Below the pieces are notes generated by a model. It did not search any database, had not been told where the DNA came from, and was given only the letters and a program-made list of their open reading frames with translations. A stretch of DNA of 54,754 nt from Anaerolineae bacterium (GTDB lineage Bacteria > Chloroflexota > Anaerolineae > DTLA01). Positions 1-8,991 of the stretch are shown in pieces. Position 1 is the stretch's first letter; the number at the start of each line of letters is the position of its first letter. The position numbers were made by a program, and so were the translations under genes. The stretch spans positions 1-54,754 of the forward strand of contig JARYMK010000002.1 of NCBI GenBank assembly GCA_029907165.1. Direction: 5' to 3'.

Positions 1-819
1 GGGAGTGAGCCAGGCGCAAAGGCCGCAGACCAGCGCGCCCGCCGCGCCAAGCCAGAGGAGAACGGTCGCGTGCGTCGGCGCTCCCAGGGCGGCGACTCGC
101 TGCGCGAGGGCAACCCCGGCGATGACCGACAACAGCGACGCGGCATCCACTGGCGAACTGCCGGACGCGCCCCCGAACAGCCGCCGCGACACCCAGGGAA
201 ACGCACCCATGCGAATCAACGCCACGCCCATGAGGAGTGTCCGCGCGCGGGGTGTCCAATCGGCGACTTCGTAGGCGCGGAGGCTGGCCCCCCGCGTCTC
301 GTGCCACGCCCAGACAATCCCCACCAGCCCCACGATGCCCCAGAAGGCGCTGACCCTGCCAAGAGATATCTCCTCGTCCTCTGGCGCAATCCCTGTGCCC
401 TGGGCCACGAGGAAGGCTTCCAACGCAATCCAGGCCAGGGCCAACGCAAGGAGGTTCTCGGCGTAGATGGACAGTAGGGACGCGGCGGCAAGGGCCAGCG
501 CGCGCGGCCAACGCGCCCAAGCCGACGACTCCACTGCCACCGCGCCCGCCAGCATGAGGACGACCAGCACGGCAAATGGGAACATCTCCGCATCGGCGGC
601 GAGCGATGGGCCGCGCCCCAGCGATGAGGGCCACAGGAACTCCACGGGCGCGGTGGCGGGCCCGACGCGGAGCGCAATGGCGAAGGCCGCCGCGCCGGCT
701 ACACCCGCGGCTGCCACTGCAGTCCGCGCCCAGGGTGCCAAACGCCGGCCCACGTGCTGCAAGACCAGGGCAGCCAGCGCCAGCCAGATGACGGGTGTCC
801 ACGGAGTGAGCAGGTTCAT
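1..819 (-). CDS. Polytopic membrane protein, N-terminal part (gene runs off left edge); only distant NuoN/Mrp-antiporter-like flavour
   Basis: Absent from ORF track because it has no stop in the window. ATG at 819-817 is preceded by in-frame TGA (831-829). Reverse translation MNLLTPWTPVIWLALAALVLQHVG... stays open to position 1 and is a series of hydrophobic helices. Confidence 0.55.
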   Translation of the reverse strand, partial: MNLLTPWTPVIWLALAALVLQHVGRRLAPWARTAVAAAGVAGAAAFAIALRVGPATAPVEFLWPSSLGRGPSLAADAEMFPFAVLVVLMLAGAVAVESSAWARWPRALALAAASLLSIYAENLLALALAWIALEAFLVAQGTGIAPEDEEISLGRVSAFWGIVGLVGIVWAWHETRGASLRAYEVADWTPRARTLLMGVALIRMGAFPWVSRRLFGGASGSSPVDAASLLSVIAGVALAQRVAALGAPTHATVLLWLGAAGALVCGLCAWLTP

Positions 820-901
820 CGCGCCTTGTCAAGCCCGCTGCGAAGATGGCCCCGGGACGCCGGAGCGACGGGATTCTACCACAACTGGGGGAGGCGGGCA
901 A

Positions 902-930
902 TTGACGCTGACGGCCCCGCTATGTAGAAT
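902..930 (+). promoter_or_regulatory. sigma70-like promoter for ftcD
   Basis: TTGACG-17 nt-TAGAAT, about 30-45 nt upstream of the ftcD start. Confidence 0.5.
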
Positions 931-957
931 GGGGCCGCGAGCCAAACCAAGACCACG

Positions 958-2484
958 ATGCGAGGAGGCCCCGTGAAACGGATCGTTGAGTGCGTACCCA
1001 ACTTCAGCGAGGGACGCAACCCCCAGGTTGTGCAGCAGATTGTGGACCGCATGCGCCAGGTGCCGGGCGTGCGCGTGCTGGATGTGGAGTCAGACCCCGA
1101 CCACAACCGCTCGGTGGTAACGCTGGTGGGGTCGCCGGAGGCTGTGGAACGTGCGGCGTTTGAAGGCATCGCCGCGGCGGCCTCGCTGATTGACATGCGC
1201 AAGCACAAGGGCGCGCACCCGCGTATGGGCGCGACCGATGTGGTTCCCTTTGTACCGGTGCGCGGCGTAACCATGGACGACTGCGTAGCCATCGCGCGAC
1301 GGCTGGGCGAGCGGGTCGGCCGCGAACTGGGCATCCCTGTGTACCTGTACGAGGCAGCGGCGACTCGCCCGGACCGCCAGAACCTGGCCGACGTGCGGCG
1401 CGGGGAGTACGAGGGCCTGTCCGAGGAGATTCGCACCAACCCCGACCGCGCGCCCGATTTCGGCCCGGCGGAGATGGGGCCGGCGGGCGCTACGGCCATC
1501 GGCGCGCGCCCGTTCCTCATCGCGTTCAACGTCAATTTGGGCACGTCGGACCTGAAGATCGCCAAGGCCATCGCCAAGGCGGTACGGCATTCCAGCGGCG
1601 GGTTCCGCCACTGCAAGGCCCTGGGCGTGCCGGCGGGCAGCCTCGTGCAGGTTACCATGAATATGACCGACTACCGGCAGACGCCGCTGCACCGCGTGGT
1701 GGAGACCATCCGCTCGGAGGCGAGCCGCTACGGCGTGTCGGTGGTGGAGAGCGAGGTTGTGGGCCTCACGCCCGCCGAGGCCCTGCTGGACGCGGCCAAG
1801 TGGTACTTGAGCCTGCACCGCTTCTCCGACGAGCAGATTCTGGAGAACCGCCTCGCCGAGGAGGAAGAGGACATCACGCCGACGGCGATGCTGGATGCGG
1901 TGGCGGCCCCGACCCCCACGCCGGGGGGCGGCAGCGTGGCGGCGCTGGCAGGGGCGTTGGGCGCGGCGCTTGTGCAGATGCACGCCGGGCTGACGGTGGG
2001 CAAAGCAGGCTACGAAGCCGTCGCGCCGGAGATGCAGAAGATTCTGACGCGCGCGGAGGCCTTGCGGGCCAGCCTTGCCGAGGCCGTGCGGCGCGACAGC
2101 GAAGCCTACGACGCGGTTGTGCAGGCGTTCGCGCTGCCCAAGGGGACGGACGAGGAGAAAGCGCGCCGCCGCGAGGCCATCCAGGCCGCGCTGGTGGGGG
2201 CCGCCGAAGTCCCGATGCAAGTGGCCAGGGCCAGCGTGGAGGTGCTGGAACTTGTGAAACAGGCGGCAGCGAAGGGCAACGCATCGTGCATCTGCGACAG
2301 CGGTGTTGCGGCTTACATGGCTTTTGCCGCCTTGCGTGGCGCTCTGCTCAACGTGGAAATCAACGCCAAGGACATCAAGAACCCGGATGTCGCGGCGACG
2401 CTGAAGGCCGAAGCCACCGCGCTGCTGGCGAAGGGCAAAGCGCTCGCGGATGAGGTAGAGGGGATTGTCGCGTCGCGGATGTAG
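958..2484 (+). CDS. ftcD: Bifunctional glutamate formimidoyltransferase / formimidoyl-THF cyclodeaminase
   Basis: N-terminus has VKRIVECVPNFSEGR (formiminotransferase hallmark). C-terminal third has PTPGGGSVAALAGALGAAL (cyclodeaminase domain). AGGAGG lies 4 nt before in-frame GTG at 973, which may be the real start. Confidence 0.9.
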   Translation: MRGGPVKRIVECVPNFSEGRNPQVVQQIVDRMRQVPGVRVLDVESDPDHNRSVVTLVGSPEAVERAAFEGIAAAASLIDMRKHKGAHPRMGATDVVPFVPVRGVTMDDCVAIARRLGERVGRELGIPVYLYEAAATRPDRQNLADVRRGEYEGLSEEIRTNPDRAPDFGPAEMGPAGATAIGARPFLIAFNVNLGTSDLKIAKAIAKAVRHSSGGFRHCKALGVPAGSLVQVTMNMTDYRQTPLHRVVETIRSEASRYGVSVVESEVVGLTPAEALLDAAKWYLSLHRFSDEQILENRLAEEEEDITPTAMLDAVAAPTPTPGGGSVAALAGALGAALVQMHAGLTVGKAGYEAVAPEMQKILTRAEALRASLAEAVRRDSEAYDAVVQAFALPKGTDEEKARRREAIQAALVGAAEVPMQVARASVEVLELVKQAAAKGNASCICDSGVAAYMAFAALRGALLNVEINAKDIKNPDVAATLKAEATALLAKGKALADEVEGIVASRM

Positions 2485-2520
2485 GGGGCAGTCCCCGGCT
2501 ACGGGGGACTGCACACCTAC
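2481..2520. terminator. Bidirectional hairpin between convergent ftcD and the tRNA operon
   Basis: GTAGG..GCAGTCCCC-GGCTAC-GGGGACTGC..CCTAC; 9-bp inner stem plus 5-bp outer stem; no U-tract. Confidence 0.45.
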
Positions 2521-2522
2521 GC

Positions 2523-2597
2523 TGGTGGGCCCAGCCGGATTCGAACCAGCGACCAACCGGTTATGAGCCGGCCGCTCTGCCGCTGAGCTATGGGCCC
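2523..2597 (-). tRNA. tRNA-Met (anticodon CAU; elongator type, Ile2-lysidine type not excluded), CCA encoded
   Basis: Reverse complement GGGCCCATAGCTCAGCGGCAGAGCGGCCGGCTCATAACCGGTTGGTCGCTGGTTCGAATCCGGCTGGGCCCACCA folds as a cloverleaf: 7-bp acceptor stem, loop CTCATAA, TTCGAAT T-loop. Confidence 0.9.
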
Positions 2598-2612
2598 TCA
2601 AGAATAAGCAGG

Positions 2613-2684
2613 AGCGGGAGACGAGATTTGAACTCGCGACAGCCTGCTTGGAAGGCAGGTGCTCTACCCCTGAGCTACTCCCGC
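2613..2684 (-). tRNA. tRNA-Gly (anticodon UCC), no full CCA encoded
   Basis: Reverse complement GCGGGAGTAGCTCAGGGGTAGAGCACCTGCCTTCCAAGCAGGCTGTCGCGAGTTCAAATCTCGTCTCCCGCT; anticodon loop CTTCCAA. Confidence 0.9.
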
Positions 2685-2709
2685 TCGCTGCGACGATGCA
2701 TCCGCCGCG

Positions 2710-2786
2710 TGGTCGGGGTGAGAGGACTTGAACCTCCGACTTCAGCGTCCCAAACGCTGCGCGCTAGCCAACTGCGCTACACCCCG
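2710..2786 (-). tRNA. tRNA-Pro (anticodon UGG), CCA encoded
   Basis: Reverse complement CGGGGTGTAGCGCAGTTGGCTAGCGCGCAGCGTTTGGGACGCTGAAGTCGGAGGTTCAAGTCCTCTCACCCCGACCA; anticodon loop TTTGGGA. Confidence 0.9.
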
Positions 2787-2809
2787 CATTGGTGCGTGCT
2801 GCGGACATA

Positions 2810-2838
2810 AGTATAGCCCGTTTGGGGCGAGACGTCAA
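2810..2838 (-). promoter_or_regulatory. sigma70-like promoter of the tRNA Pro-Gly-Met operon
   Basis: On minus strand TTGACG-17 nt-TATACT, about 25 nt upstream of the tRNA-Pro 5' end. Confidence 0.55.
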
Positions 2839-2855
2839 AGTCAGACTGTCAGGCT

Positions 2856-2967
2856 GTCATTCTGAGGCGCGGAGCGCCGAAGAATCTCGTCAACCGAGAT
2901 GCTTCGCTTCGCTCGCAATGACACAAGCGGGGCGGTGCGAGATGCTTCGCCTCGCCCAGCATGACAG
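2856..2967. repeat. Family-1 palindromic intergenic repeat (GTCATT...AATGAC arms), copy A with one left and two right arms
   Basis: GTCATTCTGAGGCGCGGAGCGCCGAAGAATCTC, then GAGATGCTTCGCTTCGCTCGCAATGAC (2896-2922), then GAGATGCTTCGCCTCGCCCAGCATGAC (2939-2965). The CAACCGAGATGCTTCGCTTCGCTC core is shared with copy D. Confidence 0.8.
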
Positions 2968-3020
2968 TTTGGCGCGTCGCGGGAGGCCCGTCGTGCCTGT
3001 GTGAGTAAGGAGGTAACACG

Positions 3021-4901
3021 ATGGCAGAGGCAGAACGGTTTGGCTATCACAACCGCATCCTGCGGGTCAACCTGACCAGCGGGGAGATTCGCGAGGAGCA
3101 CCCCGGCGAGGAGTTCTACCGCGCCTACCTGGGGGGCCGCAACCTCATCGCCCACACGCTGCTGCGCGAAGTTCCTGCGGACGCTGATCCCCTGGGGCCG
3201 GACAATCGGCTCATCTTTGCGGCGGGCATCATCACCGGCGCGCCGGTCGCGGGCGCGGGGCGCAACAGCGTGGGCGCGCGCTCGCCGCTGACGGGCGGGT
3301 GCGGCGACGCCGAAGCGGGCGGATTCTGGGGCGCAGAACTCAAGCGCGCGGGGTTTGACGCCGTGATCGTTGAGGGCGCGTCGGACAAGCCGGTGTACCT
3401 GTACATCCGCGACGGGCAGGCCGAAATCCGTTCGGCCGAGCACCTGTGGGGGCTGCCCACCGCCGAGGCGCAGGAAGCCATCCGCCGCGAGTTGGGCGAC
3501 CACGGGGTTCGCGTGGCGCAGATTGGCCCGGCGGGCGAAAGGCAGGTGCGGCTGGCGTGCATTGCCAACGACCTGACCCACTTCTACGGGCGCACGGGCA
3601 TGGGCGCGGTCATGGGGGCCAAGCGGCTGCGCGCCATCGCTGTGCGGGGGACGAAGCCCGTGCCACTGGCTAACCCCGATGGCGTGCAAGCGCTCGCCCG
3701 CTGGCTGGCGGCCAACGACGAGAAACTCAACGCCGGCTTCCGCGACACGGGCACCGCAGGCGGCGTTCAGTACCTGAATGCCAGCGGCGGCCTGCCCACC
3801 CGCAACTTCCGGCAGGGACATTTTGAGCACGCCATCCGCATCGCCGGCGAGACCATGCGCGACGAGATTCTGGTGAACCGCGGTTCCTGCTGGGCGTGCA
3901 TCGTGCGCTGCAAGCGGGTTGTGGGAGGCGTGCACGGGTCGCGCGTGTTGCATCCTGTGTACGGCGGCCCGGAGTACGAATCGGTCGCGGCGCTGGGTTC
4001 GTGCTGCGGGGTGGGCGATTTGGCTGCTGTGGCGCTGGCCAACGAGCGATGCGCCGCCCTGGGTCTGGACACCATCGGCACGGGTATGGCTATCGCCTTC
4101 GCCATGGAGTGCTACGAGAACGGCGTCCTCACGCGAGCCGACACCGACGGGCTGGACCTGCGCTTCGGCAACGCCGAGGCCATGCTGGCGATGGTGGAAG
4201 CCATCGGCGAGCGGCGTGGGCTTGGCCACATCCTGGCGGAAGGGACTGCGCAGGCGGCGAAACTCATCGGGCGCGGGGCCGAGCGTTTCGTGATGACGGT
4301 CAAGGGGCAGGAGATTCCCATGCACGAGCCGCGCTTCAAGCACGGCCTTGGCATCGGCTACGCCGTCTCACCGACGGGCGCAGACCACATGCACGACGAT
4401 GGGCTGGTGAAGGCGGGGCGCTCCTTCCGCGAGCGGTTCGGGCCGCTGGGCATCCTGTCGCCCATGCCCGTCAACGACTTGAGCGAGCGCAAAGTCCGCG
4501 CGTTCTACTACGTGTCCACGTGGAACCATCTCTACAACAGCCTGGGCCTGTGCCAGTTCATGCCCTATTCGCCCAACCAGGTGGTGGATCTGGCGCGGGA
4601 CATCACGGGGTGGAACGTGAGCCTGTGGGAACTGATGAAGGCGTCGGAGCGGGGCCAGCAGATGGCGCGGCTGTTCAACCTGCGGTGCGGGTTCGGCGCC
4701 GACGATGACTGCCTGCCGCGCCGATTCTACGAGGCATTCGCCGACGGGCCGCTGGCAGGCGTGGCGCTGAAGCCCGATGAGCTTGAGCGTGCGCTGGCGC
4801 TGTACTACGGCATGATGGGCTGGGACGACGCGGGCCATCCCACGGCGGCGCGGCTAGCAGAGTTGGGCCTGGACTGGGCGCAGGGCGGTGTAGATGGGTA
4901 G
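3021..4901 (+). CDS. aor: Tungsten-containing aldehyde:ferredoxin oxidoreductase (AOR family)
   Basis: 626 aa; N-terminus YHNRILRVNLTSGEI..., GGRNL..., PLGPDNRLIFAAGIITGAPVAGAGR, SPLTGG are typical AOR N-domain motifs; AAGGAGG RBS before the ATG. Confidence 0.88.
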   Translation: MAEAERFGYHNRILRVNLTSGEIREEHPGEEFYRAYLGGRNLIAHTLLREVPADADPLGPDNRLIFAAGIITGAPVAGAGRNSVGARSPLTGGCGDAEAGGFWGAELKRAGFDAVIVEGASDKPVYLYIRDGQAEIRSAEHLWGLPTAEAQEAIRRELGDHGVRVAQIGPAGERQVRLACIANDLTHFYGRTGMGAVMGAKRLRAIAVRGTKPVPLANPDGVQALARWLAANDEKLNAGFRDTGTAGGVQYLNASGGLPTRNFRQGHFEHAIRIAGETMRDEILVNRGSCWACIVRCKRVVGGVHGSRVLHPVYGGPEYESVAALGSCCGVGDLAAVALANERCAALGLDTIGTGMAIAFAMECYENGVLTRADTDGLDLRFGNAEAMLAMVEAIGERRGLGHILAEGTAQAAKLIGRGAERFVMTVKGQEIPMHEPRFKHGLGIGYAVSPTGADHMHDDGLVKAGRSFRERFGPLGILSPMPVNDLSERKVRAFYYVSTWNHLYNSLGLCQFMPYSPNQVVDLARDITGWNVSLWELMKASERGQQMARLFNLRCGFGADDDCLPRRFYEAFADGPLAGVALKPDELERALALYYGMMGWDDAGHPTAARLAELGLDWAQGGVDG

Positions 4902-5568
4902 CGAGGGCCCTGTGAGAATCGTCCTGGCATCCAGAAGCCCGCGCCGCAGGGATTTCTTCCGCCTGCTGGGGTTGGATTTCGTGGCGGATTCGTCCGATGC
5001 CGCCGAGGACATCGCAGGCGACCAGACGCCCGCGGAAGCCGTGCGCGCCCTGAGCCAGCGCAAGGCCCGTGCAGTAGCGGCTCGCCACCCCGACGCGCTG
5101 GTAGTCGGCGCGGATACTATCGTCGTGCTGGACGGCGAGATTCTGGGCAAGCCCGCCGACAGGGACGAGGCCGTGGCGATGCTGCGGCGGCTGCGGGGGC
5201 AGGAGCACGATGTTCTCAGTGGCGTTACCCTCATCCTGCCGTCGGGCTTGGAAATCACTGAGTGCGCCGAGAGCCGCGTCGTGATGCGCAACTACAGCGA
5301 CGCCGAAATCGCGGCCTACGTGGACAGCGGCGACCCCATGGACAAGGCGGGCGCCTATGCCATCCAGAACCACGTCTTTCGCCCCGTGGCGCAGATTGAG
5401 GGGTGCTACGCCAACGTGATGGGCTTGCCGCTGTGCCATCTGGCGCGGGCGTTCTGGCAGGCGGGCGCGCCCCTGGATGTGGACGTGCCCATGCTGTGCC
5501 GCGCCGAGACGGGCTACCCGTGCACCGTGTATCCCCAGTACTGGCCTGGGCGCAGGCCGCGCCGTTAG
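4894..5568 (+). CDS. maf: Maf-family nucleoside triphosphate pyrophosphatase with Cys-rich C-terminal extension
   Basis: RIVLASRSPRRRDFF..., GADTIVVLDGEILGKP, KAGAYAIQ motifs. Overlaps the aor stop by 8 nt; alternative GTG start at 4912 has GAGG upstream. Confidence 0.85.
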   Translation: MGSEGPVRIVLASRSPRRRDFFRLLGLDFVADSSDAAEDIAGDQTPAEAVRALSQRKARAVAARHPDALVVGADTIVVLDGEILGKPADRDEAVAMLRRLRGQEHDVLSGVTLILPSGLEITECAESRVVMRNYSDAEIAAYVDSGDPMDKAGAYAIQNHVFRPVAQIEGCYANVMGLPLCHLARAFWQAGAPLDVDVPMLCRAETGYPCTVYPQYWPGRRPRR

Positions 5569-5578
5569 CGCTGCACTT

Positions 5579-5671
5579 GTCATTCCAAGGAGCGCAGCGA
5601 TGAAGAATCTCGCTTCGGAGCAGTGCAAGGCCAAGCGCAGGCAGGGGATTCTTCGCTCCGATCAGAAGGAC
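5579..5671. repeat. Family-1 palindromic repeat, copy B
   Basis: GTCATTCCAAGGAGCGCAGCGATGAAGAATC ... GATTCTTCGCTCCGATCAGAAGGAC. Loop CGGAGCAGTGCAAGGCCAAGCGCAGGCAGGGG closely resembles the copy C loop. Lies between convergent maf and the GT-C gene. Confidence 0.75.
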
Positions 5672-5692
5672 ACGCCGCGACTGTAATTGTTA

Positions 5693-7090
5693 CTACGCAG
5701 GCCCGTGGAACGCAGGCCAGATGTAGACGCCCCAGGCCACGGCGTTGAGCAACAGCAGCGCGCCGCCCACTAGCAGGGGCAGCCTGCGCCTTGCAGATGA
5801 AGGCAGCCAGTAGGCCCATCCCGCCACAAGGCAACAGGCAATGGGGCCGATGGCGGGGAGCAGGTACCGCCCCTGCTGGGGAATGCCCTGGGCGATGGCT
5901 GCTCCGACAATCTGAAGCACGGCCAGCAGGGCCGCGCCCGCCACGAGAACTTGCGCACGCGGTAGCGGGCGGCGCGCACGGCGGAATGCGCGAATCAACC
6001 CCGCCAGCGCCGCCGCGGTCAGGCAGGCTAGCGCCGCGTACCACCCGACGCCCAGCCGCACCGTGAGCCACCCGAACGCCCCCCAGAAACTGGCGAAGGC
6101 GATGCCCAGCGCCCGCGCGTATCCGAGCAATGCGATGGGCGGCCATGCTTCCGCCGAGAACAGGCGCGAGAGCCATTCGGCGCGGATGCCGAGCAATCCG
6201 TCGGGCGAAGCGCCCGGATAGGGCCACGCCTGGCCCGGCGCGGCGAGGGGCGGGCGGGCGAGTGCCCATGCCGCCACCAGCGCGCCTGCGCCCAGGGCCG
6301 CGATGCCCGCGCCGAGCGCCCACGCTGCGCTCCGCTGACCTGCGCTAGCCGCCGCGCGCCTGTTGAGGAGCAAGAACAGCGCCCCCGTCGGCACCAGGAA
6401 CAGCGTCGTGCGCTTGGTCAGCAGGCTGGCGGCCACGAGCAGGCCGAGGACTAGCCCCCGCGCTGGCGCCAGCGGCCCGTCAACCCAGGCCGCCATGGCG
6501 CAGAGCGCGGCCCCGCCCAGCAGCGCCGCCAACGTGTCGCTGTTGGCTCCGGCGGTCATGTAGGCGCGCATGGGCAGGGAGGCTACGAAGCAAAGAGCCG
6601 CGGCTTGCAGGTGCGCTTCGCGGGGGAACGCCGCACGGGCCAGCTGAAAGACGAAGAACAGTTCCGCCAGCCCCAGGAGCACCGACAGCCCGCGCAGGCT
6701 CCGCACCTGGGCGTCCACCCCCGCGCCGCCGACAAGGCGGAGCGCACCAGCGGCTAGCACGTAGTAGCCCGGCGACGCAGCGATAGGCGGCAGGAGCACG
6801 TCGGGCGCTGTATCGGCCCAGAGCGAGGGCGGCGGAGTGCGGTGCGCGCGAATCTCCCAGAAGCGATGCCGCACGAGGGAAGCGTACACGTCCCGCTCCA
6901 ACTGCAGCGCGCCCCACACATCCGACAGCGTGGGCCAGCGACCTAGGTCGGCTACCAGGCGGGCCAACTGGTAGTGCTGCGGCTCGTCTGGGACCTGCCA
7001 CAGTGGCGTGAAGGCAAAGCAGACGGCGGAGAGAGCCAGGCCGAGGATGAGGATGGCGAGCAGATTTCGGAAGTCGCGGGCCGTATCCAC
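5693..7090 (-). CDS. Polytopic GT-C-like membrane glycosyltransferase (DUF2142 / ArnT-PMT-like)
   Basis: 465 aa, more than 10 hydrophobic helices. VPDEPQHY motif in the first external loop after TM1. Last gene of the degT-capD operon. Confidence 0.5.
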   Translation of the reverse strand: MDTARDFRNLLAILILGLALSAVCFAFTPLWQVPDEPQHYQLARLVADLGRWPTLSDVWGALQLERDVYASLVRHRFWEIRAHRTPPPSLWADTAPDVLLPPIAASPGYYVLAAGALRLVGGAGVDAQVRSLRGLSVLLGLAELFFVFQLARAAFPREAHLQAAALCFVASLPMRAYMTAGANSDTLAALLGGAALCAMAAWVDGPLAPARGLVLGLLVAASLLTKRTTLFLVPTGALFLLLNRRAAASAGQRSAAWALGAGIAALGAGALVAAWALARPPLAAPGQAWPYPGASPDGLLGIRAEWLSRLFSAEAWPPIALLGYARALGIAFASFWGAFGWLTVRLGVGWYAALACLTAAALAGLIRAFRRARRPLPRAQVLVAGAALLAVLQIVGAAIAQGIPQQGRYLLPAIGPIACCLVAGWAYWLPSSARRRLPLLVGGALLLLNAVAWGVYIWPAFHGPA

Positions 7091-7101
7091 CGCCGACGGT
7101 T

Positions 7102-8976
7102 CTATGACCCGCCTTCCAGCAGGGGCACTTCGGCTTCCTGGAAGTCGGGCACCAGTTCGCGCAGCGTCCTGCGGATGGCCACCTCGTCCATCTGCGCTGC
7201 GTATTCGGCCAAGAGGTCAATCATCCGGTACAGGCGGTCGCCGTCCACCGGCACGGACTGGGCGATGAAGATTTTCTCGTACACAGTGGCTGTACGCTGC
7301 TCGTCGCGGGTGAACAGTTCCTCATGGAGTTTCTCGCCCGGACGCAGGCCCGTGTACACGATTTCAATGTCGCGGCCCAGTTTCAGTCCCGACAGTTCCA
7401 CCAGGTCCTTGGCCAAATCCACGATGCGGATCGGGTCGCCCATGTCCAGGGCGTAGATTTGGCCCGGCGTGGCCAGTGAAGCCGCCTGAATGACGAGTTG
7501 GACGGCCTCGGGGATGGTCATGAAGAAGCGGGTCATCTCCGGGTGGGTGATGGTGATGGGGCCACCGGCGGCGATCTGCTCCTTGAACAGCGGGACCACA
7601 CTACCGCGGCTACCGAGCACGTTGCCAAAGCGCACGGCCACGAACGCGCGTCCGCTTCGCATCGCGGCCTCTTGCACGATCATCTCGGCGATGCGTTTGG
7701 TCGCGCCCATGATGCTGGTAGGGCGCACGGCCTTGTCCGTGGAGATCAGCACAAACCGCTCCACGTCGGCGGTCAGCGCGGCCTGGACAACGTTTCGCGT
7801 GCCCAGCACGTTGTTGGTGATCGCCTCGTCCACGTTGTGTTCCATCAGCGGCACGTGCTTGTGCGCCGCCGAATGGAACACGATCTGCGGGCGGTAGCGT
7901 TGCAGGATCGCGTGAATCTTGTTCGCGTCGCGGATGTCGGCGATGATCACGTCCCGCGGCAGCGACGGGAACTTGCGGCACAGTTCCTGCTCAATGTTGT
8001 AGATGCTGTTCTCGCCGTGGCCCAACAGGATGAGGTGGCCGGGGCGGAACCGCGCGATCTGGCGGCACAATTCAGACCCGATGGACCCGCCCGCGCCGGT
8101 TACCAGGATGGTGGCCCCGGAGATGAAGCCGGCAATTTCCTCCAGGTTGACGCTGGTCGGTTCGCGGCGCAGCAGGTCTTCCAATTGCACCTCGCGGATT
8201 TGGCTGAGCCAGACCTTGCCGTTCAGGAGTTCAAACAGGCCGGGCAACGTGCGGAATCGGATGCCTGCGCTCTCGCAGATGCTGACGATTTCGCGGATGG
8301 ATTTGCCGGGCGCTGTGGGCATGGCGATGAGCGCCTCGTCCACGTGCAGCCGCCGCGCCAGTTCGGGGATGTCCCTGCGCGAACCGTAGACCTTGACGCC
8401 GTGGATGTAGTTGCCGATTTTCCGTTCGTCATCGTCCACGAACCCCACCGGCAGCATATTGATTTCGGGGTTGTTGTGCATCTCGCGGACGATCATGGCA
8501 CCCGCATCCCCGGCGCCGATGACCAGGATGCGACGCGGCACGCCACCCTGGCCGATCCTACTCTTGCGGCCGGTCGTGATATCCCAGGCGATCTTGGACG
8601 AAAAACGGACGCCCCCAAGGAGAAGGATGTTCAGCAACCAGTCGATGATGAGCATGGGGCGGGAGAAGCCGGAGATGATCTTCAGGGGGCGCATGACGCC
8701 GTAGATGAGGATGGCCAACACCGCCGACGCGATGCTCGCCGCCGCGATGATGGCCAGCACTTCGTGGCTGCCCGCGTACTGCCACATGCGCCGGTACAGG
8801 CCGAACAGGTGGAATGCCAGTGGGTAGAGGATGAGCAGGGCGGGCACGACCGGCCACCAGCGCTGGAAGTAACTCCACGCGGTGAACGTGTCAAAGCGCA
8901 GGAAATAACTCAGGAGAAGCGCCAACAGCAGCAAGACCAGGTCAGCGATAAGCAAATACCGATTCCTGAGCCACAT
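7102..8976 (-). CDS. Membrane-anchored nucleotide-sugar 4,6-dehydratase/epimerase (CapD/PglF/WbpM family)
   Basis: 624 aa; N-terminal TM helices, then two Rossmann regions (ILVIGAGDAG and ILVTGAGGSIGSEL); family-typical YGATKR-like region MGATKRIAE. Confidence 0.88.
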   Translation of the reverse strand: MWLRNRYLLIADLVLLLLALLLSYFLRFDTFTAWSYFQRWWPVVPALLILYPLAFHLFGLYRRMWQYAGSHEVLAIIAAASIASAVLAILIYGVMRPLKIISGFSRPMLIIDWLLNILLLGGVRFSSKIAWDITTGRKSRIGQGGVPRRILVIGAGDAGAMIVREMHNNPEINMLPVGFVDDDERKIGNYIHGVKVYGSRRDIPELARRLHVDEALIAMPTAPGKSIREIVSICESAGIRFRTLPGLFELLNGKVWLSQIREVQLEDLLRREPTSVNLEEIAGFISGATILVTGAGGSIGSELCRQIARFRPGHLILLGHGENSIYNIEQELCRKFPSLPRDVIIADIRDANKIHAILQRYRPQIVFHSAAHKHVPLMEHNVDEAITNNVLGTRNVVQAALTADVERFVLISTDKAVRPTSIMGATKRIAEMIVQEAAMRSGRAFVAVRFGNVLGSRGSVVPLFKEQIAAGGPITITHPEMTRFFMTIPEAVQLVIQAASLATPGQIYALDMGDPIRIVDLAKDLVELSGLKLGRDIEIVYTGLRPGEKLHEELFTRDEQRTATVYEKIFIAQSVPVDGDRLYRMIDLLAEYAAQMDEVAIRRTLRELVPDFQEAEVPLLEGGS

Positions 8977-8991
8977 CTCTCTACAAACGTC

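Noticed and set aside
1090-2601. Very long ORFs antisense to or out of frame with recognised genes (e.g. 1090-2601-, 2841-4343-, 7498-9768+, 23647-25719-, 34285-36531-, 37067-39298-, 44567-46204+, 19051-20301-)
   Set aside because: Their translations are Arg/Ala/Gly/Pro-rich with no recognisable motifs. They fully overlap genes with strong family signatures. Stop codons are simply rare in off-frames of high-GC DNA.
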